Origin: Candidatus Micrarchaeota archaeon
Lineage (GTDB): Archaea > Micrarchaeota > Micrarchaeia > CABMEP01
Reading direction: 5' to 3'
NCBI GenBank assembly: GCA_964358895.1
Contig: CAYHPR010000002.1
Location: forward strand, 30,773 to 94,772
DNA length: 64,000 bases
A program made the translations under genes and the position numbers. The notes under the pieces are model-generated. The model did not search any database. It was not told the DNA's origin and saw only the letters and a list, made by a program, of their open reading frames with translations. Numbering within the stretch: position 1 is the first letter of the stretch; the number at the start of each line of letters is the position of its first letter. Positions 8,880 through 18,906 of this stretch are shown here, one piece after another.

Positions 8880-10200
8880 ACTCTTAAAATCAACACTTCC
8901 TGTACTTCCAGTGGTCTTGTGAACTACCGCCGATTAAAATCGGTGGCTTCCTCTTTCATTAAAGGAATTTGCTGACGAAACTTTTTATCAGTTTTGTCAG
9001 TATCGGTTTCTTCTCTGAGAGGCTTGACTTCGGACAGTTCCTGCCCTATTTTGCTCAACGCTCGATTGAGTATGTTTATGGCTGCATTGTGATCTCTGTC
9101 CAATGTAAGTCCACAATAACTGCATTTGTGAATCCTGTTCCACAACTTCTTTGGACTTTCTCCCACTTTTCCGCAGCCACTGCATGTCTGAGTTGTTCCT
9201 CTTGGCTCAACCCTTACCAACTGGATACCGGCACTCGCAGCCTTGTAATCCAGCATCTGTAAGAATCTTGACCAGGATGCATCGTTTATGTTTCTTGCAT
9301 TGTATGATATTTTGATTATTCCTGATCTCAAGAGCTTCCACAGCAATAATATCATGACTGTTAACATAATGTCTCGAAAGTTTATGGAGAAAATCATTTC
9401 TCTGATTGTAGATCTTTTCGAATTGTCTTGCAACTTTAATACGTTGTTTCTGCCTGTTGGCGGATCCTTTCTTCTTTCTAGATAATATTTGTTGTAATAC
9501 CTTAAACCCCTCAAATCCAACAGTCATGAATTTTGGATTATTTACGTGGTTGCCAACACTGTCAGAGGCAAAGTGCATAATCCCAAGATCTATGCCTACT
9601 GCTTTTGTTGCTTTTTCTGCGTGTAATCTTGAATTGTCTTTTTCACATTCAACAGAAATTGAAACATACCATTTGCCTGATGGATATTTTTTGACAGTAA
9701 CTTGTTTCATCTTTCCATCGACCTCCCTGTGCACCCTCATGGGAATTTCTCCAATCTTTGATAGGTACAGCTTCTGATATCTTTTCCCTGTTGAAATCAG
9801 ATGGAAGCCTGACTGATTGTATACGAACGTCTTAAACCATTCCTTCCCTTTGAACCTCAGTCTGCCTACTTTCTTTCCGTTTTTCTTCAGCTTGGTCAAT
9901 GCCCTTAAATTTGAAAAAAGCCTATAGCATTCATATTGAAGAACTTTAGAATAAACCTGACTCAAATCCGGATTCTCTGTTTTGATTTTTGGAATTGAAT
10001 TCTGCAGTGCTGAGCTATCTGGCTTCTCTTGCTTCCGAAGACCTTCAAGCATCTTATTGTAAACAAATCTACAGCTATCGAGGACTGATTGCATTCGTTG
10101 CTCCTGAACCTTTGATGGATAAAGACGGAATTTGAATGCTTTTAGCACGTATTAACGTCGAAAAATCTATTTATATAGCTTGACAGACCCTTCACAGCCG
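8880..10200 (-). mobile_element. Stand-alone tnpB insertion element (IS1341-like, no tnpA seen); ends not defined
   Basis: TnpB without an adjacent Y1 transposase. There is a hairpin CCGCCGATT-AA-AATCGGTGG at the tnpB 3' end (8927..8950) and a CCGGTGATCCGG palindrome upstream of the start (about 10200). Confidence 0.45.
8924..10148 (-). pseudogene. tnpB: TnpB (IS200/IS605-family OrfB, RNA-guided nuclease), split by a frameshift near 9300-9320
   Basis: ORF 9207..10148 carries the N-terminal MLKAFKFRLYP, RuvC-I GIDLGI and RuvC-II IIAVEAL. ORF 8924..9520 continues in another frame with NINDASWSRFLQMLDYKAASAGIQLVRVEPRGTTQTCSGCG...CSYCG...DRDHNAAINI (zinc ribbon plus RuvC-III). Confidence 0.8.
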
Positions 10201-10311
10201 GTGATCCGGTGATTCTTGTCACTGCTACCTGAATGCTCATAATTTAATAGTAAAAGCGAAAGTCTTTACCACCGTTTGAAAACGATGGAATTCATAAGCT
10301 TTTAAAGATTT

Positions 10312-10860
10312 ATGAAAAATAGTATTATGGTCGACTTAGTGACGTCTATTGTTGTATTGCTTATCCAGCTTTTCTTAGGTTTGCTTTTTTCTATATTATC
10401 AATTTACTTCTCACTTAGAATGTTTGACAAAATGACTGAGCATATCGATGAAATTGCTGAACTGAGAAAAGGAAATATTGCAGTCGCAATCGTATTACTT
10501 TCATTGTTCGTTTCTATTACGACAATTGTTAACCAGGGGATACAACAATTTGATAACATATTTACTTCTAGCTTGTCTGTCCCATTATTCATTATTGCAT
10601 TCATGATGGCGATTGTACAACTAGTTGTTGTATTGCTTATTTCTATCTTTACCATCTATACTGCTATCAGAGTACTAGACACGTTAACTGTAGGTATAGA
10701 TGAGATGAAAGAACTGAAGCGAGGAAATATCGCTGTTGCACTTCTTATTGCAGGAGTCATATATGCTGTTGCATCAATAGTATCTAATTCGATAAGTGGG
10801 ATAGAAAACTTGGCAATCTTCAAATCTGAAACCTTGGCTGCACTGCTCGGAATCAGATAA
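10312..10860 (+). CDS. DUF350-like membrane protein (two repeats)
   Basis: Duplicated ELRKGNIAVAIVLLS / ELKRGNIAVALLIAG motifs embedded in TM helices. Confidence 0.5.
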   Translation: MKNSIMVDLVTSIVVLLIQLFLGLLFSILSIYFSLRMFDKMTEHIDEIAELRKGNIAVAIVLLSLFVSITTIVNQGIQQFDNIFTSSLSVPLFIIAFMMAIVQLVVVLLISIFTIYTAIRVLDTLTVGIDEMKELKRGNIAVALLIAGVIYAVASIVSNSISGIENLAIFKSETLAALLGIR

Positions 10861-10868
10861 CTGCTAGC

Positions 10869-11294
10869 CTAATCAGCTGAAAGAGATCCAAATATTGTTC
10901 CGTTTCTATTCTCCATTGAAAATGAGTTCATACTTGAAGGCAGTAAAGTAACAGACTCTATGTTTATTTTACATTTTATCAATTCAACCTGTTTCTGCCC
11001 AGATCGTTCAAAAATAAGCTCACTGCCTACTGCTGAAATGTTGACGTCCTTAAGTGGCTTAAGATAAAAAATACGTTTATTGCCAGGGCCCAGGATACAA
11101 ATTATATCGGCAGTATCTGAAAGATCAGATAGCATATTTTGCTCCATCAGATAAGTCATCTCATTTTCTATTGTTAGTTTGCTGTTTGTAATTAACGGTA
11201 AAATAAAAATGAAGGCGGAAATATTGATGCCGAACAACAATAGAAACTCAAGTGATAGCTGGCCTTTCAGCCGTTTAGTTGCAAATGCCATCAT
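10869..11294 (-). CDS. Pilin-like protein with class III (type IV prepilin-like) signal peptide
   Basis: KRLKGQLSLEFLLLFGINISAFIFIL is a K/R-G-Q|hydrophobic prepilin-peptidase motif. The start is placed at the internal MMAF; the ORF-track start 11372 is probably too far upstream. Confidence 0.5.
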   Translation of the reverse strand: MMAFATKRLKGQLSLEFLLLFGINISAFIFILPLITNSKLTIENEMTYLMEQNMLSDLSDTADIICILGPGNKRIFYLKPLKDVNISAVGSELIFERSGQKQVELIKCKINIESVTLLPSSMNSFSMENRNGTIFGSLSAD

Positions 11295-11520
11295 AACAGT
11301 CACCAGAACGGCACTGCCTAGAAGAGATACATACCTCTCCAGTAGCTCGCTTGGAAAAGCCGGATGTTTCATTCATCAATATCTGAACGTCTAAAGTCTG
11401 GTTTTGTATCTGTGCAGCTGTGCTACGTGATGTTTTCTGCAACTGATCCCCAAGAGTCATGACGAGACCCATCAATATTGCAATAATAATTATCATCTCA
11501 GCTGAGATTTGTCCACGCAT
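11275..11520 (-). CDS. Pilin-like protein with class III signal peptide
   Basis: MRGQISAEMIIIIAILMGLV at the N-terminus; Cys-rich C-terminus. Confidence 0.6.
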   Translation of the reverse strand: MRGQISAEMIIIIAILMGLVMTLGDQLQKTSRSTAAQIQNQTLDVQILMNETSGFSKRATGEVCISSRQCRSGDCYDGICN

Positions 11521-11634
11521 AAAATTGATAAGGAATGGATGGAGATAAACGTTTGCGGAGGACTAACACCACACAAACTTTCTTTTTAAGAAAGTTTAAT
11601 CAAAGAATTGAAGAATGAACGATGTACGAATTGT

Positions 11635-12075
11635 TTAGAATTTGATTCCTTCTTTTTCTTCTCTTTCTCTCCTCAGCAATGTCGCAAGGAGGGAACCGAA
11701 GCCTAAAGAAACAGACACGAAAATAATTTCAATTGCAACTATTGCTGCACCCGCAATAATTCTTGGGATATCGACCTGAAGCCCTCCTTTATCGATATCG
11801 AATGAGGATAACTTTATTGCATTTAAAAGAAATAGTATGATCCCGACTGCCAATCCTAGGCCAATGCCTAGTCCGAAAATTTTATACACATCAAATCTGA
11901 TTACAAACTCTTCTGTCAGTTTATATCCAATTGCAAATGAAATAAGAATGACAGATAGATCAAAATATCCTCGTGTATTTTCCAAATCTACGAAACCAAA
12001 TACAACAAGAGTAAGGTACACTGCTGAAAGCACAAGAAATCCGTAGGGAAGTTTGTCAATGAACTGCATGGCCAA
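11635..12075 (-). CDS. Hypothetical membrane protein
   Basis: 146 aa with about 4 predicted TM helices. Confidence 0.5.
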   Translation of the reverse strand: MAMQFIDKLPYGFLVLSAVYLTLVVFGFVDLENTRGYFDLSVILISFAIGYKLTEEFVIRFDVYKIFGLGIGLGLAVGIILFLLNAIKLSSFDIDKGGLQVDIPRIIAGAAIVAIEIIFVSVSLGFGSLLATLLRREREEKEGIKF

Positions 12076-12101
12076 ACATTGAATCTGCAGCTATTTAATA
12101 G

Positions 12102-14000
12102 CTATTTCAATCTGATTGTATCGAGATTCATTGGAGCTCTTGATTCAACATGCATTAACCTTGAAAGACTGAATGCTAAATCATCACACTTTCTTTCTTC
12201 GCCGTGATCACAAAGAATTCTGGTTGGTTTTGGTCGCATGTTTTTAACGAACGCCATAAGCTGGCGCCTATCGCTGTGACCACTGAAACCTTCGGCTGTT
12301 TCGATGCGCATGTTGATCTTAATAGTATCAAGACGACCGTCTTCACCGACGATTGCAACTTCTTTATCCCCTCGCTGTATCTTTCTACCTAGCGAATAAT
12401 TGGTATTGAAACCTACGAAGATAAGTGTGTTCTTTGGATCGTGTGCCAATGCCTTGAAATATTCTACAGATGGCCCTCCAGTCATCATACCGGATGGTGC
12501 AAGGATAACGCAAGGGGGACCGTCAATTATCTCTTCCCGCTTATGCTTAGCAACTTCAAATATAGGAGATTCGAATGGACTCTTGTTGCTGAGGATTGAA
12601 CGCTGAAGGCTGTCGCGTAAGTATTCTGGATAAACTGTGTGTATGGCTGTAGCTTCCAGAACCATTCCATCAATGTAAACTTTATATGGAAAGTCTGGGA
12701 CTCTTCTTGCATATTCTTCGAGTGCAAGCATCATATCTTGTGAACGGCCAATCGAAAAAACGGGAATCAATACTTTCCCACCATTTTTGAGTGTCTCGTC
12801 AACAACACGTAACAGTTTTGCTTCTGCGTCTTGGCGTGAAGCATGGAAGTCGTTCTTACCTCCGTAAGTACTTTCCATAACTAACGTCTCGACACGCGGA
12901 AATACGTTGTTCGCTGGATTGAACAGTCGCGTATGGCTGTATTTGAAGTCGCCTGTATAAACAAAATTATGTAATCCATCGCTGATATGAAGATGAACAA
13001 TGGAACTACCGAGAATATGACCAGCGTTATGAAAAGTAAGCTTTATCTCAGGAGTAATGTCGGTTACCTCGGACCATTCACGCGTTATGCAGTGGACGAG
13101 CGCATTCCTGATATCTTTTTCAGTATACAACGGCTCAATGCCTTGTCTTTTCATAACTTTGATGTAATCGAAACACAGCAATGCGAATAGGTCACGTGAT
13201 GGCGGTGTGCAATAAAGTGGACCATCGTAGCCCATGGCAAAGTAGTATGGTATAAACCCGCAGTGGTCGAGATGGCTGTGTGAGAGTACTAATGCATCAA
13301 GCTCATCAAGGGGCATATTCAATTCTCTAATGTACGGATATTCTTTCGATGTATCCGTAGCCTCGAACCTCAGCCCACTGTCTAATATAACTTTGTCGTT
13401 TGATGTCTGCATAAAGATGCAGGACCTACCGACTTCTCTGAATGCACCGAGTGCAGTTATTTTGACCCAACTGGTCTTTTCCTGAGGAGTGAAAATACGT
13501 TTCCCAACTTTCGTTAAGAATTTCTTTCTTGTTTCTGCTTCTTTGAGCAGCGTACCTCTAATTCCTTTTATGACTTCTGAAGGTAACGTTGGAATTCTAA
13601 GAACACGTGGAGCCCAACCACTGCTTTTTATGATTTCTTTTAGTGTTGATCCACCCTTGCCGATAACAAGACCTGGTTTGTAAGCATCAATCCATACTTC
13701 ATGAAACTCTGGACTGAAACGTATTTCTTCCGCTCTTGCATCAACAGGAATTACTGCCTTAATTTTTTCGATTGCTTCGTCTGGTGGCAGCAATGCGCTT
13801 GCGACAGACCTAACAATCACTTTCTTCTTTATGCCAGCCGCTATATCCTTGACTGGATTCTCAGCAGCGTAAAATTTTGCGATATCGTCTATGTATAAAA
13901 CGATGTCTGGCCCTTCTGCCTCGATCTTTACTGCAGAACAACCTGTGCGTGGTAGAAGTGATTCAATTCTTTTGACTAATTCTGGTTGTATGTTTTGCAT
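12102..14000 (-). CDS. Archaeal CPSF1 (beta-CASP/metallo-beta-lactamase RNase with N-terminal KH domains; FttA termination factor)
   Basis: KH-like VIGKGGSTLKEI, the MBL motif LSHSHLDHCG, and beta-CASP motifs; 632 aa is typical of aCPSF1. Confidence 0.92.
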   Translation of the reverse strand: MQNIQPELVKRIESLLPRTGCSAVKIEAEGPDIVLYIDDIAKFYAAENPVKDIAAGIKKKVIVRSVASALLPPDEAIEKIKAVIPVDARAEEIRFSPEFHEVWIDAYKPGLVIGKGGSTLKEIIKSSGWAPRVLRIPTLPSEVIKGIRGTLLKEAETRKKFLTKVGKRIFTPQEKTSWVKITALGAFREVGRSCIFMQTSNDKVILDSGLRFEATDTSKEYPYIRELNMPLDELDALVLSHSHLDHCGFIPYYFAMGYDGPLYCTPPSRDLFALLCFDYIKVMKRQGIEPLYTEKDIRNALVHCITREWSEVTDITPEIKLTFHNAGHILGSSIVHLHISDGLHNFVYTGDFKYSHTRLFNPANNVFPRVETLVMESTYGGKNDFHASRQDAEAKLLRVVDETLKNGGKVLIPVFSIGRSQDMMLALEEYARRVPDFPYKVYIDGMVLEATAIHTVYPEYLRDSLQRSILSNKSPFESPIFEVAKHKREEIIDGPPCVILAPSGMMTGGPSVEYFKALAHDPKNTLIFVGFNTNYSLGRKIQRGDKEVAIVGEDGRLDTIKINMRIETAEGFSGHSDRRQLMAFVKNMRPKPTRILCDHGEERKCDDLAFSLSRLMHVESRAPMNLDTIRLK

Positions 14001-14137
14001 AGTTTCAAGATCCTATATTCAAATTTCATTAGAATTTTTATTAGAAATATGAACCAGCTAATGATGAACAGATTATGAAATTGGATTCTTATTGCACAAA
14101 TATGAACGACAGAAAGTGTGCCCTCACTTTCTTCTCT

Positions 14138-14782
14138 TTACTTTCTTTTCTTATCTGATTCTGTCAGTTTCGCAAGTTCGTCTTTCTTTAAGCGTCTTAT
14201 CCCGTCTTTAGTTATTAACGCAATATTTGGATCTCCACCTGATGCCGAATCTCTTTTCTTAGCAGCATTGATTGCTCTTACTGCCAATGGAACCAATTCC
14301 TTAACTTCCATTTTTTTATAGGAATCATCCATTATTGCTTCTGCTGACAACCAACCGCTACCTGCGAATGCGGTGTGATCACTCACTGGCGCTATATCCC
14401 CTGCCGGATCAACTGCATAAAGTTTTGGTGTTCCGTTAGCATCTACACCGCCTATAATTAAACCTACATAAAATGGAGAGAATTTGTATTCATGAAGCAC
14501 TACGCCCAACATGCTTACTGTAGCTTCAACACTAATTGGCCTTCCATTTCTTGTCTTGAAAAGCTTCGCCTCGACCTGTAGCATCTTGGAGAGCGCTTGA
14601 ATATCTCCACCCATACCTGCACCTGCCATTACAATATGGTTATTAATCTCATAAAGCTTGTCAGATTCTTCGGTTGCAATTATAGTTGATACAGTACTTC
14701 GGCTTTCAGAAGCTATGAGTACTCCGTCAGTACCGATCATTCCCAATATAGTTGTACCTGTTTTTATTTTTGGTTCGGTCAT
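14138..14782 (-). CDS. psmB: Proteasome subunit beta
   Basis: TGTTILGMIGTDGVLIASESR includes the active-site Thr after a short propeptide. Confidence 0.9.
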   Translation of the reverse strand: MTEPKIKTGTTILGMIGTDGVLIASESRSTVSTIIATEESDKLYEINNHIVMAGAGMGGDIQALSKMLQVEAKLFKTRNGRPISVEATVSMLGVVLHEYKFSPFYVGLIIGGVDANGTPKLYAVDPAGDIAPVSDHTAFAGSGWLSAEAIMDDSYKKMEVKELVPLAVRAINAAKKRDSASGGDPNIALITKDGIRRLKKDELAKLTESDKKRK

Positions 14783-15005
14783 ATTAACCACAAAAAATCG
14801 TATGTCTTAATGCCTCACAATATACCAACCGTGAGCTATTTAAATCCATCTCTCAGGACGAATATGCTAAGGATTAAGAAGTGTCAAGACGTATTTCTAG
14901 AATTAATTGAACCTAACCAAAAGCTTTTAATCAATTATCTACGTACTGAATTTACTAATTAAATTGTATTATATTAACTAATATTTTGAATTTTAAGTGA
15001 GTTTA

Positions 15006-16223
15006 ATGGAAGAATTTGATGTAATCGTTGTTGGAGGGGGACCTGCAGGATCAACCTGCGCGACTTTTTTAGGCAGAGAAGGATACAAAGTACTACTTCT
15101 AGACAAGGCTAAGTTTCCAAGAGATAAAACATGTGGTGATGCAATAAGCGGTAAATCCCTATCCGTGCTAAAAGAACTTGGGTTGCCTGCTGAAGTGGAA
15201 AAAGTAATGCATGCAAAAGTCTATGGAGTCACATTTTCGTCACCGAACAGCCGTGTTCTTAAAATACCGATGAAAAATCCGGAAACAAGTTATGGATACG
15301 TAAGTCCACGTGAAGTATTTGACAATGTTCTTTTTCAGAATGCGAAGAAATATGCTAAAACTATGGAACAATTTCAAGTAACTGATCTGATAAAAGAGGG
15401 CGAAAAGATTGTCGGAATCAAGGGTATGGATTTAGTTAAAAAAACACCGTATGAATTCCGATCAAAAGTTGTAGTTGGTGCAGATGGAGCGACATCAGTT
15501 GTTGCACAGAAGTTAGGTTTGTTTGAAATGGATGATGCACACCATTGCGTTGCACTTAGAGCTTATTATGAAGGGGTAGACGGGATGGATAACACCATTG
15601 AACTTCATTTCACTGAGAATTTAATACCAGGTTATTTCTGGATTTTTCCAGCAGGGCACGACGGATACGCAAATGTTGGTCTTGGAATGCTCACAAAAGA
15701 TGTTAAAAAAAGAAAAATCAATCTTAAAGAAGTAATGTTCAAAGAAATTGAACAAAATCCACTTTTCAAAGACAGATTCAAAAATGCTAAACTCGTATCT
15801 GAAGTTAAGGGATGGAATCTTCCACTTGCATCAAAGATGAGAAAAATGGCAGGCGATGGATGGATCCTGATCGGAGATGCAGCCTCGTTAATCGATCCAT
15901 TTTCTGGTGAAGGTATTGGCAATGCAATGACAAGTGGAAAAATTGGTTTCAGAACAATCAGTAAAGCACTAAGACTCAGTAACACATCTAGTCAGGTATT
16001 AAGTGAATACGAAGCGGAACTAAAGAAAGAAATAAAGGACGAAGTAGCTATGAGCTACAAGTTGCAACAACTCGGACAACACAAATTCCTACTTAATCTA
16101 GTTATTGATAAAGCTTCACGAAACAAAGAGCTGCAAGATCAAATTTCCGGAATGCTTGTAAACGAAGAAGCAAAAAAGGGTTTCATGTCACCGTTATTCT
16201 ATCTGAGGTTATTATTCAGCTAA
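15006..16223 (+). CDS. Geranylgeranyl reductase family flavoprotein
   Basis: FDVIVVGGGPAGSTCA dinucleotide-binding motif, LIGDAAS, about 400 aa. The ATG at 15006 is preferred over the GTG at 14997. Confidence 0.85.
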   Translation: MEEFDVIVVGGGPAGSTCATFLGREGYKVLLLDKAKFPRDKTCGDAISGKSLSVLKELGLPAEVEKVMHAKVYGVTFSSPNSRVLKIPMKNPETSYGYVSPREVFDNVLFQNAKKYAKTMEQFQVTDLIKEGEKIVGIKGMDLVKKTPYEFRSKVVVGADGATSVVAQKLGLFEMDDAHHCVALRAYYEGVDGMDNTIELHFTENLIPGYFWIFPAGHDGYANVGLGMLTKDVKKRKINLKEVMFKEIEQNPLFKDRFKNAKLVSEVKGWNLPLASKMRKMAGDGWILIGDAASLIDPFSGEGIGNAMTSGKIGFRTISKALRLSNTSSQVLSEYEAELKKEIKDEVAMSYKLQQLGQHKFLLNLVIDKASRNKELQDQISGMLVNEEAKKGFMSPLFYLRLLFS

Positions 16224-16252
16224 GCTATGCAAGACCTAAGATTTTTTATTTT

Positions 16253-16807
16253 TTACCTGTTCGTTTCTTTTCTCAGTTTTTCAAAATCTTTTTCTAATAG
16301 TCTTCTTGTTTTAATCGGAGATCTCAGTGCTGCAGCCGGATGATAAGTTGGAAAAAATAAATTGTGATTTATAGAGATAATCGTTCCATGGACGTCCCCT
16401 ATCTTTAATTTTGAATCTACAAGTGTATTCAGAGCTGTGTTTCCAAGTACAACAATAAATTTTGGCTTAATAATATTTATAATTTCGCTTACAAACCGTA
16501 AGCTTTGTTCTATCTCTTTCTTTTTTGGCTTTCTGTTGTTTGGGGGCCTCCAATGCAGGATAGAAGTAATGTAAACTTCTTTTGGATCCAAACCTAATTT
16601 TGTCTTGATTAATTCTCTTAACAAGTTTCCGGATCGTCCTACGAACGGCCTGCCTGTTTTTTCTTCATTCGCGCCGGGTGCCTCACCTATGAAAAGAAGT
16701 TTAGAATTAGGATTACCTTCTCCAGGAACTGGATTTTTCCCGTATTTAGACCTCACAAATTCTCGTATTTTATCTTCTAAGACTTTCAGTTGATTATCTT
16801 TACTCAT
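16253..16807 (-). CDS. udg: Uracil-DNA glycosylase, family 4
   Basis: GEGNPNSKLLFIGEAPGANEEKTGRPFVGRSGNLL and HPAAALR motifs. Confidence 0.9.
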   Translation of the reverse strand: MSKDNQLKVLEDKIREFVRSKYGKNPVPGEGNPNSKLLFIGEAPGANEEKTGRPFVGRSGNLLRELIKTKLGLDPKEVYITSILHWRPPNNRKPKKKEIEQSLRFVSEIINIIKPKFIVVLGNTALNTLVDSKLKIGDVHGTIISINHNLFFPTYHPAAALRSPIKTRRLLEKDFEKLRKETNR

Positions 16808-17406
16808 AAAATCCTGACCAAACCTGACAAATTTTTAATTTTATAATCAGGTTTAAACTTGCTCCGTACCTTATCTTTTATTCGTTCTACATAAATAGTT
16901 TTCATACCAAGTTTTTTGGCTGCCGACAGATTCTTGAGATGGTCATCGATAAAAATAGTTTCTGCTGGATCTGAATTCATAACTTTTAATGCAACTAAGT
17001 ATATTCTTGCGTCGGGCTTTTCAATCCCCAACTGATAACTATAAACAACTTTATCGAAATGTCGTTCTATATTATATTTATGCTCAAATTTCTCCTGCCA
17101 TCTTTGACTAATGTTTGAAACTAAAGCTACGTTATACTTTTTACGAAAACGGTCTACAATTTTAGGAAAAAAGGGATCTAATCTATAGGAACCTAGAAAC
17201 TTTTCTTCATCGTCGATTGGATTGTCACTTATTCCTTTCCAAAATTGAATCGTGTTTATTTTACCTATTTTATACAAATGTGCTTTTCTCTTAATAAGTT
17301 TGGACGAAACTTTTGGAAACATCTCATGAAGTGCATGGGCAAATGAACCTTTTGCAAAAACCACACCCATCAGATCAAATAAGATAGTCTTGTTAGTAGA
17401 TGACAT
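16804..17406 (-). CDS. HAD-superfamily hydrolase
   Basis: ILFDLMGVV (DxxG-type motif I variant), VSN, and FIDDHLKN (motif IV). The start is placed at MSSTNK because the ORF-track N-terminus overlaps tRNA-Pro. Confidence 0.7.
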   Translation of the reverse strand: MSSTNKTILFDLMGVVFAKGSFAHALHEMFPKVSSKLIKRKAHLYKIGKINTIQFWKGISDNPIDDEEKFLGSYRLDPFFPKIVDRFRKKYNVALVSNISQRWQEKFEHKYNIERHFDKVVYSYQLGIEKPDARIYLVALKVMNSDPAETIFIDDHLKNLSAAKKLGMKTIYVERIKDKVRSKFKPDYKIKNLSGLVRIL

Positions 17407-17408
17407 AG

Positions 17409-17481
17409 TGGGGTCGCTGAGATTTGAACTCAGATCACCAGCTCCCAAAGCTGGTAGCATGCCAAGTTAGCCCACGACCCC
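17409..17481 (-). tRNA. tRNA-Pro (UGG), uninterrupted
   Basis: Reverse complement GGGGTCGTGGGCTAACTTGGCATGCTACCAGCTTTGGGAGCTGGTGATCTGAGTTCAAATCTCAGCGACCCCA folds as a cloverleaf, with anticodon loop TTTGGGA. Confidence 0.9.
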
Positions 17482-17531
17482 TTAAGAATAAATACTCTGG
17501 TTATGTTTTTAACCTTATAGAAGAGGAGAAA

Positions 17532-18461
17532 ATGTTAAATAAAGAAGTGAAAAAAGCTGCTGAAATAATTAAAAACGGAGGGCTTGTTGCTTTCCCTACT
17601 GAAACAGTTTATGGTCTTGGTGCATCTGCACTAAATAGCATAGCAGTTGAAAAAATTTTTAAGATAAAGGGGAGGCCGTCTGATAATCCATTGATTGTAC
17701 ATATAGGAACTGAACAGCAACTTGAGTTGCTTACTTATCCTCTTGATTTAATATCTAGAAAACTGGTCCGAAAATTTTGGCCTGGACCGCTTACATTAGT
17801 ACTTCGTAAGAAAGAAGCTGTACCTGACAACGTTACTGCAAGACTTGGCACAGTTGCAGTTAGAATGCCTGCACATGAAACTGCACGTCTGCTTGCTAAA
17901 TTAGCTGGTCCGATCGCAGCACCAAGTGCGAATAAATCTGGGAAACCAAGTCCGACATCTATAAAACATATTTTAGAGGATTACACCAAAAAAGAATTAA
18001 CAAAAATAGGGGCGATCTTAGATGGAGGAGATACGCAACATGGAATTGAATCGACAGTTTATGACCCTATTAAAAAAAGAATATTGCGGCCCGGCACTAT
18101 CACTCTGAAGCAGATACAAGAAATAATCCCTGAAGCAGCTTATTCCTCGGCCGTATCCCTGGTCCCGGCTTCGCCAGGTATGAAATACAAACATTATTCG
18201 CCTAAAGCTGAACTTATCCTTTTCACAGGAAATTTGAAAGCTATAGATGAAATATTCAAGCTGATTAAAAATGAACAAATTGCAATATTGAAAATTGATA
18301 GAACAAAGAATTCGGCAAAGACATTATTTGCGAAACTAAGACTATTTGATGAACGAAGAATCAAAACAATTTTGTGTAAGGGGATTGAAGAAGAAGGGAT
18401 TGGATATAGCATCATGGACAGATTAAAAAAGGCTTCAACACAGATTATTGAAGTCGGATAA
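17532..18461 (+). CDS. sua5: L-threonylcarbamoyladenylate synthase (Sua5/YrdC/TsaC)
   Basis: GGLVAFPTETVYGLGA, KGRPSDNPLIVHI, and a Sua5 C-terminal domain. The start is at MLNKEV; the upstream ORF-track extension overlaps tRNA-Pro. Confidence 0.9.
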   Translation: MLNKEVKKAAEIIKNGGLVAFPTETVYGLGASALNSIAVEKIFKIKGRPSDNPLIVHIGTEQQLELLTYPLDLISRKLVRKFWPGPLTLVLRKKEAVPDNVTARLGTVAVRMPAHETARLLAKLAGPIAAPSANKSGKPSPTSIKHILEDYTKKELTKIGAILDGGDTQHGIESTVYDPIKKRILRPGTITLKQIQEIIPEAAYSSAVSLVPASPGMKYKHYSPKAELILFTGNLKAIDEIFKLIKNEQIAILKIDRTKNSAKTLFAKLRLFDERRIKTILCKGIEEEGIGYSIMDRLKKASTQIIEVG

Positions 18462-18473
18462 AGAAGTGATTGA

Positions 18474-18818
18474 ATGAAACAAGCAATAATTTTTAGAACT
18501 GATCTAAAACTTGGGAAAGGAAAACTTGCTGCACATGCAGCACATGCTGCGTTAGTTGGATATCAAATTGTTATGTCAAAAAATCCAATGCTGGTTGGCC
18601 GTTGGATGATTGAAGGACAGAAAAAGATTGTACTTAAGGTTAAAGATGAAAAAGAACTGAAAACATTGTACAAAGAAATTAAGTCTCATGTTCCTGCCGA
18701 ACTGATAAGTGATGCAGGCCTTACACAAATTAAGCCAGGCACAATTACCTGTCTAGTTATTGGACCATGGGAAGAAAAAGAAATTGACAGATATACGAAG
18801 AAATTAAAGTTACTTTAA
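18474..18818 (+). CDS. pth2: Peptidyl-tRNA hydrolase, archaeal type (Pth2)
   Basis: KQAIIFRTDLKLGKGKLAAHAAHAAL and DAGLTQIKPGT; 114 aa. Confidence 0.9.
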   Translation: MKQAIIFRTDLKLGKGKLAAHAAHAALVGYQIVMSKNPMLVGRWMIEGQKKIVLKVKDEKELKTLYKEIKSHVPAELISDAGLTQIKPGTITCLVIGPWEEKEIDRYTKKLKLL

Positions 18819-18906
18819 GTAGTGGAAGTATACGTATCCTTTTTCTTCTTTTTTCACTGAACAAAAACAATATAAATTGACAAGAACACCTTTCTTTGGG
18901 AGAAAA

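Noticed and set aside
9290-9330. Possibility that the TnpB frame break is another BHB mini-intron like the one in uppS
   Set aside because: The two frames can be reconciled by a single-nucleotide indel in an A-rich run, with normal spacing between the RuvC-II and DASW blocks. I found no helix-bulge-helix geometry, and there is no room for an insert of 13 nt or more.
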